The translations under genes were made by a program, and so were the position numbers. Positions 1 to 9,801 of a stretch of 64,000 nt of DNA are shown here, piece by piece. Positions within the stretch are counted from its first letter, which is position 1, and each line of letters starts with the position of its first letter. The DNA is taken from the IMG/VR virus record IMGVR_UViG_3300037010_001702, positions 1 through 64,000 of that record, one strand, 5' to 3'. The notes beneath the pieces are model-generated. The model was not told where the DNA came from, did no database searches, and saw only the letters and a program-made list of their open reading frames with translations.

Positions 1-1291
1 TGATTGCCTGCTGTGCTAACATTGCTGGCCCACCAGCACTGCCATTAGCATTACCGCCCGCTCCAACAATGTAACCGTTGTTAGTTAGGTTAATTATATC
101 TGACCCACTCCATCCAGTGCCAGTATCAAAAGCGAAGTTAGCAATAGATGATGCGCCTACGACAACGCCTGGATTAACGTTTACATTTATAGTTGTTCCT
201 GGAGCATATGTTCCATTAATTGTCACTGCTGAACCGTACTGGCTATTAATCCTATTGTCAAATAAAACAAAATTCTGAACGTTACCAGTAATCGTAATGT
301 ACATTGCTGGTGGCGGAGGAACATATGATGCATCTAGTGTTGTGGTAGTAGATATAGATGGCACTATAAGTGCCAAACTAGAAGCTTTTAAGATAGTCAC
401 ATTTACTGTTGTTCCAGGACTAACATTGTCAACAGTGTTAGTATATTCGTCAGTGAATGTAACTCTAAAATTAAGTGTAAGCCCATTACCACCATTTACG
501 CCAGCTACATTTGACGTGGATGCTTCAATATAATAGTCATTGGCGCTATAAGCACCACCACCAGAATTTACTCCATTATAAATGGTTTGCCAAGTTCCAT
601 TTAGCTGATAGTATCCTATGCCAGTAGCATTCCCAGTAGCTCCAGATATTTTATATGAATTGTTCCCTCTGAAAGCAGCCACTACTCCATTCAATGCATT
701 TGCCCATGCTGCATCTTGAGGTGTAACACCACTAGGATGGCTTAGTGCAAAGCGAACTTCTCCACCAGTATTGAAGAAAAAACGAACCTGATCTTCATTT
801 ATGAAGGTCATGCTATATTCAGCAGATATGGAAATGTTGTTAGATGCATTACCCCAAGCATATGACCTAACAGTTGTCGTGCCTGCTACTACAGACATAT
901 TTCCTATTAAGTAATTAAATCTGTTAGCATCCAGAGCACTAAGCATAGTTACTAAGTCGTAAGAAGGATTGCCAGCAGGATATGCTTTGATGTTATTTCC
1001 GGCATTAAAATCAGTACTAGGTGGTACTGTTACAGTACTAGTTCCCTGCCAAGCAGCAAGATTAGATATAACTGTTCTTAAATCCTGCCATTCTTGGCCA
1101 ATTACACTACCTATGGTCTTAACTCCCAAATTAGGAGTAGTTTGCCCATATCCTCTATCTCCATAGCCAACACCCCACAAATAACCTGCTTTAGCAACAG
1201 CAGCTGCTGCATTTGGTGCAGCAGCTGCTGTTAGGCCTGCAAGAGCTGTATAGTCAGTGGTAGCTATATTACTGTTTTGCGAATATGTCAT
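1..1291 (-). CDS. Virion structural/tail-associated protein (runs off window start; absent from ORF track)
   Basis: Manual translation from ATG at 1291: MTYSQNSNIATTDYTALAG...WGVGYGDRGYGQ...RFFFNTGGEVRF...IINLTNNGYIVGAGG; open to base 1; G/T/N/S-rich; TAAATA late box at 1319-1324 (minus). Confidence 0.75.
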   Translation of the reverse strand, partial: MTYSQNSNIATTDYTALAGLTAAAAPNAAAAVAKAGYLWGVGYGDRGYGQTTPNLGVKTIGSVIGQEWQDLRTVISNLAAWQGTSTVTVPPSTDFNAGNNIKAYPAGNPSYDLVTMLSALDANRFNYLIGNMSVVAGTTTVRSYAWGNASNNISISAEYSMTFINEDQVRFFFNTGGEVRFALSHPSGVTPQDAAWANALNGVVAAFRGNNSYKISGATGNATGIGYYQLNGTWQTIYNGVNSGGGAYSANDYYIEASTSNVAGVNGGNGLTLNFRVTFTDEYTNTVDNVSPGTTVNVTILKASSLALIVPSISTTTTLDASYVPPPPAMYITITGNVQNFVLFDNRINSQYGSAVTINGTYAPGTTINVNVNPGVVVGASSIANFAFDTGTGWSGSDIINLTNNGYIVGAGGNANGSAGGPAMLAQQAI

Positions 1292-1354
1292 TTTGTAAAA
1301 GAAGTCCTTAACTGGTATTATTTAGTAGTGAAGTCTATCAGATCATTTCGCTGC

Positions 1355-1388
1355 CAGGGCTGCTAGCGAATTTTCGCAAGCAGCCCTG
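1355..1388. repeat. 34-bp GC-rich imperfect palindrome (possible terminator) overlapping the end of the 274-aa fibre gene
   Basis: CAGGGCTGCT-A-GCGAA-TT-TTCGC-A-AGCAGCCCTG. Confidence 0.75.
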
Positions 1389-2187
1389 TGATAGCTTCAA
1401 TCAGCAAAGGAGCAAGACGTTCATATTGGACTGTCTTGTAATTCTCTCCGCTAATAGATTGACTAGTAGTTCCTTCATCTCTAGAGATATCGAATGGTGC
1501 TGCTTGAACTGCTTCAGGAACAACAGCTTCAACTTCCTGAGCTGATACACCTACTTGAACACGTTCATCGGTGAAGCCATATGATTTACCAAGTGCATTT
1601 ACTGTGTAGTAGAATCCGGATAGCTTATTTACCTTATCCAATGCTCCAACTATTTCGCCAGTCCTGTCTTTAAGACGCACGTCAGAATAGAATGCTGCAA
1701 CATCGCCTGCTGCATATAACGTGCCATTGACTTGGAATGAAGAGTTATTATAGGTTTGAACTAAGCTTGCACTAGTAGAGAAAATACCAGTTGTGTATGT
1801 TTCATTGTACCAGCCAGCATTGCCAGCAGTTCTCCACCATCCATCAGTTCCATTTGTATGAGCATATGCATTTGACAAGGTATTTGCACTACCAGAAATG
1901 CTGATGTTATAAGTAGCAGCATTATCGATTACAACTTTGTTCCAAGCTGAAGCGCCATTACCATTTGTGGAACGATAGTATAAGTTGTTTGTGTAGAAAT
2001 CTGCAGATAACTGCATCGCATAATAGTTAGTGCTGTTGCTGTGGGTGGTGCTAAGTAGGTGATAATATCCGCTGGAGGTTACTGACCAACCAGTTGCTGC
2101 AGTTGCCGATATTGCTGCAGTTGAAGAAATGCCAGCCATCGCGTTATAGTGTGGTGCTTGGATTATCCCAGCTTGTTGATATGACAT
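1363..2187 (-). CDS. Short (probably chimeric) tail-fibre protein with C-terminal peptidase S74 intramolecular chaperone
   Basis: YSDVRLKD...VGVSAQEVEAVVPEAV...YKTVQYERLAPLLIEAI; knob-like segment YHLLSTTHSNSTNYYAMQ. Confidence 0.8.
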   Translation of the reverse strand: MSYQQAGIIQAPHYNAMAGISSTAAISATAATGWSVTSSGYYHLLSTTHSNSTNYYAMQLSADFYTNNLYYRSTNGNGASAWNKVVIDNAATYNISISGSANTLSNAYAHTNGTDGWWRTAGNAGWYNETYTTGIFSTSASLVQTYNNSSFQVNGTLYAAGDVAAFYSDVRLKDRTGEIVGALDKVNKLSGFYYTVNALGKSYGFTDERVQVGVSAQEVEAVVPEAVQAAPFDISRDEGTTSQSISGENYKTVQYERLAPLLIEAITGLLAKIR

Positions 2188-2188
2188 T

Positions 2189-5100
2189 TTACTTCTTGCT
2201 CAATTCATTTTCAAGGAGTGCAACTCTAGCATCCAGTGCCTTTATAGCTTCAATAAGAACAGGGACTATTTTAGAGTAGTCAACTGTCTTGTAAACATCG
2301 CCATCAATTTGAACAGAGTCAGTTACTATTTCTGGCATTACAGCTTCGACTTGGTCTGCAAGAATACCATAGTCATGTTTACCAGCCTTGAATGAAGTGT
2401 GGGCAATTCCCGACTTCCAGTCAAATGTACCACCGTCAAGCTGTTTAAGAATACTAATTGGGTTAGCAATAACTTTGAAGTTTTCCTTAAGGCGTGGGTC
2501 AGAGTAAGCAGTTACATTACCGCCAGCCACCATATTACCAGATGGATCTGAGTACCAAGACCATGCTGCGCGATTCCACCCGCCTAGACCAAAATAGCCA
2601 TCAGCTCTAATACCCATCTTAACAGCGTAAGCATCATTCCAGAAAGTCATACCAGCAAGATTTGAATCACCTGTACCACTAGCCCTGACAATCACTGAAC
2701 CTCTAGTAGCACCACCATCTTGAGACATTGCCATGCTAGTTGTTACACCAAACATAGGATTTGTCTGTTGTGTTGCTGAGAAGTAGGTAGCATTTCCTAC
2801 CGTCAAGTTATTAGCAGTACCAGTTGCGTTGGTAAGAACAACAGCTGAAGGCGTGCCAAGGTTTGGGGTTACAAGCGTTGGAGATGTAGATAGAACAACA
2901 GCTCCGGTACCAGTTGAAGAACCAAATCCTGCAGACCATGTACCACTCGTAATTGTTCCTAGCGTTGTAATTTGGGATTGATTTGCAAGAACGCTAATAG
3001 TGTTACCAGAGATACCAACACCGGTTCCAGCTGAAAGAACAGCAGCGCTGAACTGTGCCCACGTAACAGGAGATGTATCTACCGTAGTTACTGTTGATGT
3101 AACTATCCAGCCTGTATTTGACTGAGATGTTCCGCTTGTTACAAGAACAGCAGCACCATTGAACTCATTAATTGGTGTTGATGCATCCATATCAGCTGCC
3201 CGAGACCAAGCTGAAGTGCTTACAACGTAGATACCATTTTCAGAAGATGTAGTTTGGTTCTTTACGAGAACTCTTGTGCCAACTGTAACCGCGATGCCAT
3301 CAATAGTTTGCGTTCCACTACGTGTGATGTTAGTGGTAGTAGCAACTAAGACCGTGTTCTTCCAGGTCAATCCTGCGGCTACAGCGTCAACGTAGTTCTT
3401 ATTAGCTACTTGTGTTCCCAATGTAGGAGTGTCGGCTACTGTAATGCTTTGACCGGTAGGAATGGTAATTGAACCAGTCATTACCCCGCCACTCAGCGAC
3501 AGCTTAGACGTGTCACTAGGGTGAACGTGATCAGCGCGAGCAACTTCAAAATCATAACCAACAGCAGCAGTTCCATCCATTAGTGGGACAGTGCTTGAAA
3601 GTCCTGTAATCGAGTTGAATGAAACACCCGTAGCAATGCCAATGCTTGGCGCTACAAGAAGAGGACCATTGTTGAATACAAGTTGACCAGTTCCAGTCTC
3701 ATCAGAGATAACACCGGCGAGTTGCGCTGAAGTTGTAGATGCAAACTGCGCTAGAGGACCACTTGTTACTGCGGTGGCTGGATCGCTGGGGTGAACGTGA
3801 TCTTGTCTAGCGACAAGAGTGGATGTTCCAACAGTAGCTGCACCAGGGACCAGCGGTGTTGCAACTGCAAGGCCAGTAATAGAGTTGAATGAGGTACCAG
3901 TAGCAACGCCGATATTAGGAGTTACAAGGATTGCTCCAGCTATTGTTGGTGAAGTGTCCATTACAAACTTGGAACCAGTACCAGTTTGAGATGCTACAGA
4001 CGTAGCGTTTCCAACAGAGGTAATTGGACCGGTTAGGTTTGCATTAGTCGTGACTGTAGAAGCATTACCAGTTAAGTTACCGGTGAATGTAGTCGCGTAA
4101 ACATTCTGCCAAACAGCAGAAGGCGTACCAATCGTGTAGCTGTTGGTAGCAGATGGAACCATTGATCCACCAATGCTACCACCGCTTGAGCTAGCTGGTG
4201 TATATCCAAGCGCTGTGATAATATCGGCTGAAGAAATAGTAGTTCCGATAGTAATACGGCCCTTTGCATCAACAGTAACTTTCGTATATGTTCCTGCCGT
4301 AACACCAGTGTTACCGAGAGTTGCAGTAAGAATAACGTCAGACGTACCATCAATGTTTGGAGTTGATCCAAGAAGATCACCAGAAAGATTTATCTTTCTA
4401 GCATTCTTCCAGCTGGTGGCGGTGCTTGCATTACCGATAAGATCAGCAGTAACAATACCAGCAGCGAAACTTCCAGCTGCATCTCTAGCAACCAATGTTG
4501 ATCCCACGTTCGCAGCTGTCGCATTAGAGGTAATGGTTGGATTGCCAGAAACACCATCAGGGTTAGTAATTGAAATACCAAGACCGCTTACGGCTAGACT
4601 TATCGTGTTAAAGCTGTTAGTGCCAATATTAGCAAGTAAACCAGTAGAGCTTACACTTGAAATACTTGTTAGATTTCCATTTAACGGTTGAGCATCGGTG
4701 ATTCCGTAACCATTAAGAGTTGTTGGCTTACCATCTATAGATGTCCACGCAAGAGTTGAAGTACCTGCAGTGACGCGACCGTATGTATCAACCGTAATGC
4801 CTGCATAATTTCCAGCAGCAACTCCAGTAGTTGCAAGGTCAATGTTGTCAGCATTAACTACGATGCGGGAGGTTGAAGCTGTGCCAATGTCAAACGTGTG
4901 ACCAGTAAGAGTAAGACCAGCTCCTGCAGTGAAGTCACCTGGACGGCTAAAGACCGTGAAAATAAGTGCGGTAACATCAACGGTGATAGTGCCAGTGGTT
5001 GTTAAAACCCATGAGCTGTTACCAGAAGATGTACCAACAGCAACGTAGATAAGCGCGCCAGTTTTAATCTCAACTACTGGCTGATTGTTAGAATCAAGGT

Positions 5101-6247
5101 TGTCAAAGTCAGTGGCTCTAGCCCAAGCGTCACTTGCTGCAGTGTAAATACCATTTGCAGCTGCATTAGATTGGTCCTTTACAAGAACTCTATCACCTGC
5201 AGTCAAGACGATGTCATCTATAGTTTGAAGACCGCTTAGGACGATAGGTCCAGTTGTTGCAACTCTAACGGATTTCTGAAGTGAAAGACCAGCAGCAACG
5301 TTATCAACGTAAAGCTTAGTAGCAAGGTGAGATGCGATTGTTGGAGGAGAACCAGTGACTGGATTGTTAAATGTCCAATTGCCTGTGATCGTTTCATTAC
5401 CCGCGACACGAGCTAAAACAGTGCCGTCAAGAATTTGATTTTCAGATATAGCGAGAGATGCTTGGTACTGAGTAACAGAATCAACTGAAATTCTAGCACT
5501 AGAAACAGAACCGCTTATCATTTGAGAAGCATCTATTCCAATAGGAACATTTACTGCATGAGTAACTCTACCCTTCACATCTATGTCGAGCTGTGGAACC
5601 GAAGAAGCTATTCCATAGGATGCGGCAGTAACACCAGAGTTAGCTAGTGTCAAGGCGATAGAAGTGGTTCCAAAACCAGTTGCATCGCCAGAAACGGCTA
5701 TCTGTTGGTTCTGGGTAATATAAGTAGTGGTATCCAGCGCCCACGAATTTACTCCTATCTTCTTCAAAAAGCCAGCTGTATCGCTAATAGCAGCAATAGC
5801 CGTAAGATCAGCATCAAGTGGCTGTGCATCAGTTATGTTGTAGCCACCAAGGGTAGTTGGAGTAGAACCACCTATAACTCTGCCAAGTGAATCGACCTTT
5901 ACTTTCGTGTAGAATGTACCTTGCACCGGATCAATTGCTGGCGTAAATGCAGCAAGTCCGGACACTGGGTCAATAGGTGATACTGGAGGAAGGATGTTGC
6001 GAATTTCTTCAGGCGTAATGCTGTTCTGGTTAAGCTGTAATGTCCAGTTAGTTGGATTATAGATGTTTCCGGTGTCTGCTCCATTATAGGAGTAGACACC
6101 ATTAAGTGCAGGGTTTGGGTTGCCGATAAGGTTGAAGAGCTCACCCTTAACTGGAACGTGCGGGGCAGATGGAAAAGCACTGCCACTCGCTACAATCAGA
6201 GTGGAAATCTCTGAACCTTCTACCAAATTGATGCCGGAAAATTGCAT
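2189..6247 (-). CDS. Long tail-fibre protein with C-terminal peptidase S74 chaperone
   Basis: 1352 aa T/G/S-rich; YTKVTVDAKGR and TTLxGYGITDAQPL fibre motifs; C-term YSDPRLKEN...GILADQVEAVMPE...VDYSKIVPVLIEAIKAL. Confidence 0.9.
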   Translation of the reverse strand: MQFSGINLVEGSEISTLIVASGSAFPSAPHVPVKGELFNLIGNPNPALNGVYSYNGADTGNIYNPTNWTLQLNQNSITPEEIRNILPPVSPIDPVSGLAAFTPAIDPVQGTFYTKVKVDSLGRVIGGSTPTTLGGYNITDAQPLDADLTAIAAISDTAGFLKKIGVNSWALDTTTYITQNQQIAVSGDATGFGTTSIALTLANSGVTAASYGIASSVPQLDIDVKGRVTHAVNVPIGIDASQMISGSVSSARISVDSVTQYQASLAISENQILDGTVLARVAGNETITGNWTFNNPVTGSPPTIASHLATKLYVDNVAAGLSLQKSVRVATTGPIVLSGLQTIDDIVLTAGDRVLVKDQSNAAANGIYTAASDAWARATDFDNLDSNNQPVVEIKTGALIYVAVGTSSGNSSWVLTTTGTITVDVTALIFTVFSRPGDFTAGAGLTLTGHTFDIGTASTSRIVVNADNIDLATTGVAAGNYAGITVDTYGRVTAGTSTLAWTSIDGKPTTLNGYGITDAQPLNGNLTSISSVSSTGLLANIGTNSFNTISLAVSGLGISITNPDGVSGNPTITSNATAANVGSTLVARDAAGSFAAGIVTADLIGNASTATSWKNARKINLSGDLLGSTPNIDGTSDVILTATLGNTGVTAGTYTKVTVDAKGRITIGTTISSADIITALGYTPASSSGGSIGGSMVPSATNSYTIGTPSAVWQNVYATTFTGNLTGNASTVTTNANLTGPITSVGNATSVASQTGTGSKFVMDTSPTIAGAILVTPNIGVATGTSFNSITGLAVATPLVPGAATVGTSTLVARQDHVHPSDPATAVTSGPLAQFASTTSAQLAGVISDETGTGQLVFNNGPLLVAPSIGIATGVSFNSITGLSSTVPLMDGTAAVGYDFEVARADHVHPSDTSKLSLSGGVMTGSITIPTGQSITVADTPTLGTQVANKNYVDAVAAGLTWKNTVLVATTTNITRSGTQTIDGIAVTVGTRVLVKNQTTSSENGIYVVSTSAWSRAADMDASTPINEFNGAAVLVTSGTSQSNTGWIVTSTVTTVDTSPVTWAQFSAAVLSAGTGVGISGNTISVLANQSQITTLGTITSGTWSAGFGSSTGTGAVVLSTSPTLVTPNLGTPSAVVLTNATGTANNLTVGNATYFSATQQTNPMFGVTTSMAMSQDGGATRGSVIVRASGTGDSNLAGMTFWNDAYAVKMGIRADGYFGLGGWNRAAWSWYSDPSGNMVAGGNVTAYSDPRLKENFKVIANPISILKQLDGGTFDWKSGIAHTSFKAGKHDYGILADQVEAVMPEIVTDSVQIDGDVYKTVDYSKIVPVLIEAIKALDARVALLENELSKK

Positions 6248-6270
6248 GTCATTAATCTCCTAAGTCATTA

Positions 6271-6322
6271 TATTTATGAAAACGTGCTACGATTGACATA
6301 TCTTACTCATCCCCAATAAATA
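6271..6322. promoter_or_regulatory. Back-to-back T4-type late promoters (ATAAATA on minus 6271-6277 and on plus 6316-6322)
   Basis: Divergent genes 6247(-) and 6348(+) each have ATAAATA about 25 nt upstream; T4 late consensus is TATAAATA. Confidence 0.65.
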
Positions 6323-6347
6323 TTGGAATTATTCAAAGGATTTTCTC

Positions 6348-7229
6348 GTGATCTCTTTCAAACAGTTTCTAATGGAGGGCGGCAAAGCAACTGCTAAGTT
6401 TGATGTGCAGCGAGCAGAGCAAGCTGATGTAAAGGCAGCTTTAGAATTTGTATCTAAAGTGCTTGGAATTCCATTTGACACGCTCAAAAATGATCTTCTA
6501 GGTTCAACAGAGCTTACTCTTCTAGGTAAAAAGAAAGACAGCGGAGATGTAGACATCGCTATGTCACTTAAGGATTCTGACGTCAACAAAATAAATGACG
6601 AGATGCTTAAGGCAACTGGTGGAGAGGGTGACTACAATGCTGGAACAAAGGTGGGTTCCTACGCAGTTCCAGTTAACGGAAAGAAGATTCAGGTCGACCT
6701 TATGTACGTGAACAATAAGGACTGGGCTAAGTTTGCGTATCACTCTGCAATTGGAAGAGGTTCAGTCTATCCAGGTTCCGTTCGCAATATCATCATGCTT
6801 ACGGCTCTTGCACATACACAAGAGCCTGGTAAAGATTTTGTTATGCGTGATGAAGATGGTAAAGCAATCATCAGAGCATCTAAGTCTGTCAAGCTAGACT
6901 CTGGAATGGAACGTCTATTCAAGATGGCTAAAGTCAATGCTAAGACGGGAAAATACAACAAGACCATTGAAACTGTAGCTCCTGAAGAAATAGAAGCTCA
7001 CCTTAAGTCACTTGGTAAGGATGTAAAGTTCTCCAAGGATAAGGATCACACTGATGTTCCAGATGAAGTGGCAGCATTTATCTTTGGCAAGAGTGTCAAA
7101 GCTGCTGATGTTATGACAGCAGAGAATGTTATCAAGCATATCAAGAAGCTTAAGAATTCTACTGAAATTATAGAAGCTGCACGTAAAGAGCTTGAACGTC
7201 TGAAGCTACCTATCCCGAAAGAACTATGA
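6348..7229 (+). CDS. Pol-beta-superfamily nucleotidyltransferase with capsid-targeting-like leader
   Basis: LLGST...SGDVDIA...IQVDLM (GS, DxD, third D); leader MISFKQFLME. Confidence 0.7.
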   Translation: MISFKQFLMEGGKATAKFDVQRAEQADVKAALEFVSKVLGIPFDTLKNDLLGSTELTLLGKKKDSGDVDIAMSLKDSDVNKINDEMLKATGGEGDYNAGTKVGSYAVPVNGKKIQVDLMYVNNKDWAKFAYHSAIGRGSVYPGSVRNIIMLTALAHTQEPGKDFVMRDEDGKAIIRASKSVKLDSGMERLFKMAKVNAKTGKYNKTIETVAPEEIEAHLKSLGKDVKFSKDKDHTDVPDEVAAFIFGKSVKAADVMTAENVIKHIKKLKNSTEIIEAARKELERLKLPIPKEL

Positions 7230-7261
7230 AAGTCAAAGAACTATGAAAGTCAAAGAACTAT
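7218..7261 (+). repeat. 17-bp tandem repeat x2.6 at a gene junction
   Basis: AAAGAACTATGAAAGTC AAAGAACTATGAAAGTC AAAGAACTAT. Confidence 0.9.
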
Positions 7262-8253
7262 TTGAAGCAGTGAAGCGAAAGCCAGGTGATACGTATTCTG
7301 ATGATGAGCTGAAGGCCCAACAGGATGAAAGACTTAAAAGGAAAACCGCGGCCCAAAGCCAACTTATAAATTTGCTAAAAACAAAATGTAAAAAGAACTT
7401 TACTGCCTTGGTAAATGGTACGTCATCAATTCTGTATAGATCAACTAACATGCCAAATTATGTGAAGCTTGGTGATTATGTGTTTGCAGATATTACAGGA
7501 AGAACTGAACCACGCCGTTCAAAGACTGGTAGTAATCTATTCATGAACTATGCATCACAATCTCACGATTGGGCTGGATATCCTAAAAGAGAAATTTCAA
7601 ATTCAGCTACTCCAGATTATTCTGCTGCTAAACAGTTTGGCGGGGTGTGTTGGCTGATTATTCCTTACGATGACGTAGGACCATTTGCCAGATGTAAGGG
7701 CGATTTCAATTACATAGATTTAGGTGATGGAACAGAAGGTATGATAGACCGGCTTAGCATAATTGATAATGTGATCCTCACAGCCCAAAATGTGCTAAAA
7801 TCTAAGTCGAAAGAGCTAAGAGCATTAGGGCCTAAAATTTTTAGTCTTGTAGATTCTCGTATTCTTAAATTTGTTCCAGAACGCCACCGATACTCAATTG
7901 AAGAAATAGAGCAGTTATCAGATACCATTGAAAAACTGATATATGAATTTGACGAAATAGGTTCACAGACTTATAAAGATGTTCGTAACATTGTTAGCTT
8001 GAAAGAAGCGCTAGATTATTTCGAAGATGAATTTAACACACGTTCATTGGACGAGTGGCTATCAGAACATATTGCCCCTAAAGCGTTAGGAATAAAATTA
8101 TTCGATTCATATCCTGGGATGAAAATTCCTAAAAATTCTGAAGTCTGGTTTGAAGGTAGCTATGTTGCAATTGCAGCAGACCCTGGCGGATATGAGGAGA
8201 CTGATAAACTTGTATCCTCTGAATGGTTTAAGGGGATAGCAAAACAGGTCTAA
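7243..8253 (+). CDS. Putative ADP-ribosyltransferase-fold protein with capsid-targeting-like leader
   Basis: ILYRS...SATPDYSAAKQFGG.CWLIIP...NSEVWFEG, resembling the R-S-E ART layout; leader MKVKELFE. Confidence 0.45.
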   Translation: MKVKELFEAVKRKPGDTYSDDELKAQQDERLKRKTAAQSQLINLLKTKCKKNFTALVNGTSSILYRSTNMPNYVKLGDYVFADITGRTEPRRSKTGSNLFMNYASQSHDWAGYPKREISNSATPDYSAAKQFGGVCWLIIPYDDVGPFARCKGDFNYIDLGDGTEGMIDRLSIIDNVILTAQNVLKSKSKELRALGPKIFSLVDSRILKFVPERHRYSIEEIEQLSDTIEKLIYEFDEIGSQTYKDVRNIVSLKEALDYFEDEFNTRSLDEWLSEHIAPKALGIKLFDSYPGMKIPKNSEVWFEGSYVAIAADPGGYEETDKLVSSEWFKGIAKQV

Positions 8254-8310
8254 GATTTCTTGTTATTGAAGCCGTGATAAAATATACATTACAGCTTACA
8301 AGGAGCCTAC

Positions 8311-9060
8311 ATGACATTAACAACATCAGACATTCGCGACCTGTTTAAGGCTCGCTTAGCAGCAAAGCAATTCACGTCAATCAACCGTGAAGCTTCAATG
8401 ACCAACCTGGTTGGCAACACAACCATTGAAATTGTGGGCGCATCTTTTATTGCTGATGAAGATGCTATCTTCGGCGAAGTCAATTGGGATTACGTTGAAC
8501 GCGAAGAAGCTTGGTATAACTCTTTATCCTGTAATGTAAATGATTTTCCTGGCGGTGCCCCCGCCATCTGGAAAGCGGTTGCAGATAAGGACGGCTTTAT
8601 TAACAGCAATTATGGTGCTATTCTTTTTTCTGATTGGAACGGTAATCAATATGAAAACTGTGTAGCAGAACTAAAGTCTAATCCTGGCTCGCGAAGAGCT
8701 ACGGCGATTTACAATCGACCGTCAATGTGGAAAGATTACAATCTAAATGGGCGTAGTGATTTTCTATGCACTAATGCCGTCGGCTATCTTATTAGACAAG
8801 ATGAGCTTCACGCAGTTGTTCAAATGCGCAGTAATGATGCCTGGGCCGGGTATCGAAATGATAGAGCATGGCAGCAGCATATTTTAGAAAAGATGGCCGC
8901 AGAACTCTCTGTTGAGCCTGGTAATCTTTATTGGAATGTAACCTCACTCCATGTTTATGCACGGAATTATTATCTTGTAGATCACTATTCTAAAACTGGT
9001 AAATACCATATTTCTAAAGAAAAATACAAAGAACTTTATCCAGAGTCTGAATATATCTAA
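8311..9060 (+). CDS. 42: dCMP hydroxymethylase (T4 gp42 homologue)
   Basis: TIEIVGASFIADE, INSNYG, NPGSRR, RPSMW.DYN..G.SDFLCTN, MRSND..GYRND.AWQ, SLHVYAR.YYLVDH; colinear with T4 gp42, with the dCMP-specifying Asp. Confidence 0.95.
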   Translation: MTLTTSDIRDLFKARLAAKQFTSINREASMTNLVGNTTIEIVGASFIADEDAIFGEVNWDYVEREEAWYNSLSCNVNDFPGGAPAIWKAVADKDGFINSNYGAILFSDWNGNQYENCVAELKSNPGSRRATAIYNRPSMWKDYNLNGRSDFLCTNAVGYLIRQDELHAVVQMRSNDAWAGYRNDRAWQQHILEKMAAELSVEPGNLYWNVTSLHVYARNYYLVDHYSKTGKYHISKEKYKELYPESEYI

Positions 9061-9086
9061 TCACGTTTTCGCAGGTACTCGAGAAG

Positions 9087-9122
9087 AGTAGATTGAGACG
9101 AGTATTACCGTCTCAATCTACT
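9087..9122. repeat. Perfect 14-bp inverted repeat (hairpin)
   Basis: AGTAGATTGAGACG-agtattac-CGTCTCAATCTACT. Confidence 0.85.
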
Positions 9123-9330
9123 GATGAAGACTGCGTAGTTTATTGGATACATGATAGCACGTGTGTTCGTTCAATAACTGATGAGTATGTTGTCGTAACT
9201 ACGGTAAAGCGTTATTGAGCACATAAGCTAGAACATCTTAGGTCTGGTAGATTTCCAAAAGAGGCAGTCATGGATATTATTCGTGACGGTAATATTGCAA
9301 GATGTTACCTTTATAGGGATCATCGTGATT
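9123..9330 (+). pseudogene. Decayed GIY-YIG endonuclease
   Basis: Frame reads DEDCVVYWIHDSTC...DEYVVVTTVKRY*AHKLEHLRSGRF...; in-frame TGA at 9216. Confidence 0.5.
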
Positions 9331-9374
9331 GTTTAGCATCCGTTGGCATATTTAAACCTAAAAAAGAGAAAATA

Positions 9375-9572
9375 ATGGAACAAGTCTTCCTATCCCGTCG
9401 CAACCTTCTTTTGCTTCTTGATAAGCTTGACAAGAAGAAGCCCGGCGATCCTATTATTGCTGCATCTATTATCAAACATGACGGGCAAGGTGAGGATTTC
9501 AATCAAACAATTCCAATCATCTGCGTAACAGCAGTCGAAGATGAAATTTATTATGGAGCAAATCATGTCTGA
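9375..9572 (+). CDS. Hypothetical protein, tandem paralogue 1
   Basis: MEQVFLSRRNLLLLLDKLD...IIK.D...VTAVEDE.YY; start reassigned from 9270. Confidence 0.7.
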   Translation: MEQVFLSRRNLLLLLDKLDKKKPGDPIIAASIIKHDGQGEDFNQTIPIICVTAVEDEIYYGANHV

Positions 9573-9801
9573 TGTTGAACATGTCTTCCTATCTCGCCGT
9601 AATCTGTTGACCCTGCTTAACAAGCTAGACCGCAAAGCTACAGGTGATAATTCTACGCTTTGCACTATCATTAAGAATGATGATGCCCACACCAAGTATC
9701 CCCAATCTTGCCCAACAATAGTGGTTACTGCTATTGATGATGACGAGTATTACGACACTCGCGAAGCAGGCAAAGTTCACCCCCTGGATACACCAAAATG
9801 A
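9565..9801 (+). CDS. Hypothetical protein, tandem paralogue 2
   Basis: MSDVEHVFLSRRNLLTLLNKLD...IIK.D...VTAIDDDEYY; GGAG RBS. Confidence 0.75.
   Translation: MSDVEHVFLSRRNLLTLLNKLDRKATGDNSTLCTIIKNDDAHTKYPQSCPTIVVTAIDDDEYYDTREAGKVHPLDTPK

Noticed and set aside
1355-2300. Diversity-generating retroelement target (hairpin after a fibre C-terminus)
   Set aside because: No reverse transcriptase or template repeat is in the window. The two S74 regions are divergent throughout rather than differing only at adenines.
78-6186. Plus-strand and alternate-frame ORFs over the fibre genes (and similar antisense ORFs at 50-63 kb)
   Set aside because: Shadow ORFs caused by the Thr/Gly/Ala/Val codon bias of the real genes.
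8311-9060. Second thymidylate synthase or dUMP hydroxymethylase
   Set aside because: It has Asp (GYRND) where dUMP-specific enzymes have Asn and is colinear with T4 gp42; a canonical td is present at 43698.
9070-9225. Hammerhead ribozyme (two CTGATGA motifs next to stems)
   Set aside because: No GAAA core or stem III follows either motif; the region reads better as a decayed GIY-YIG frame.
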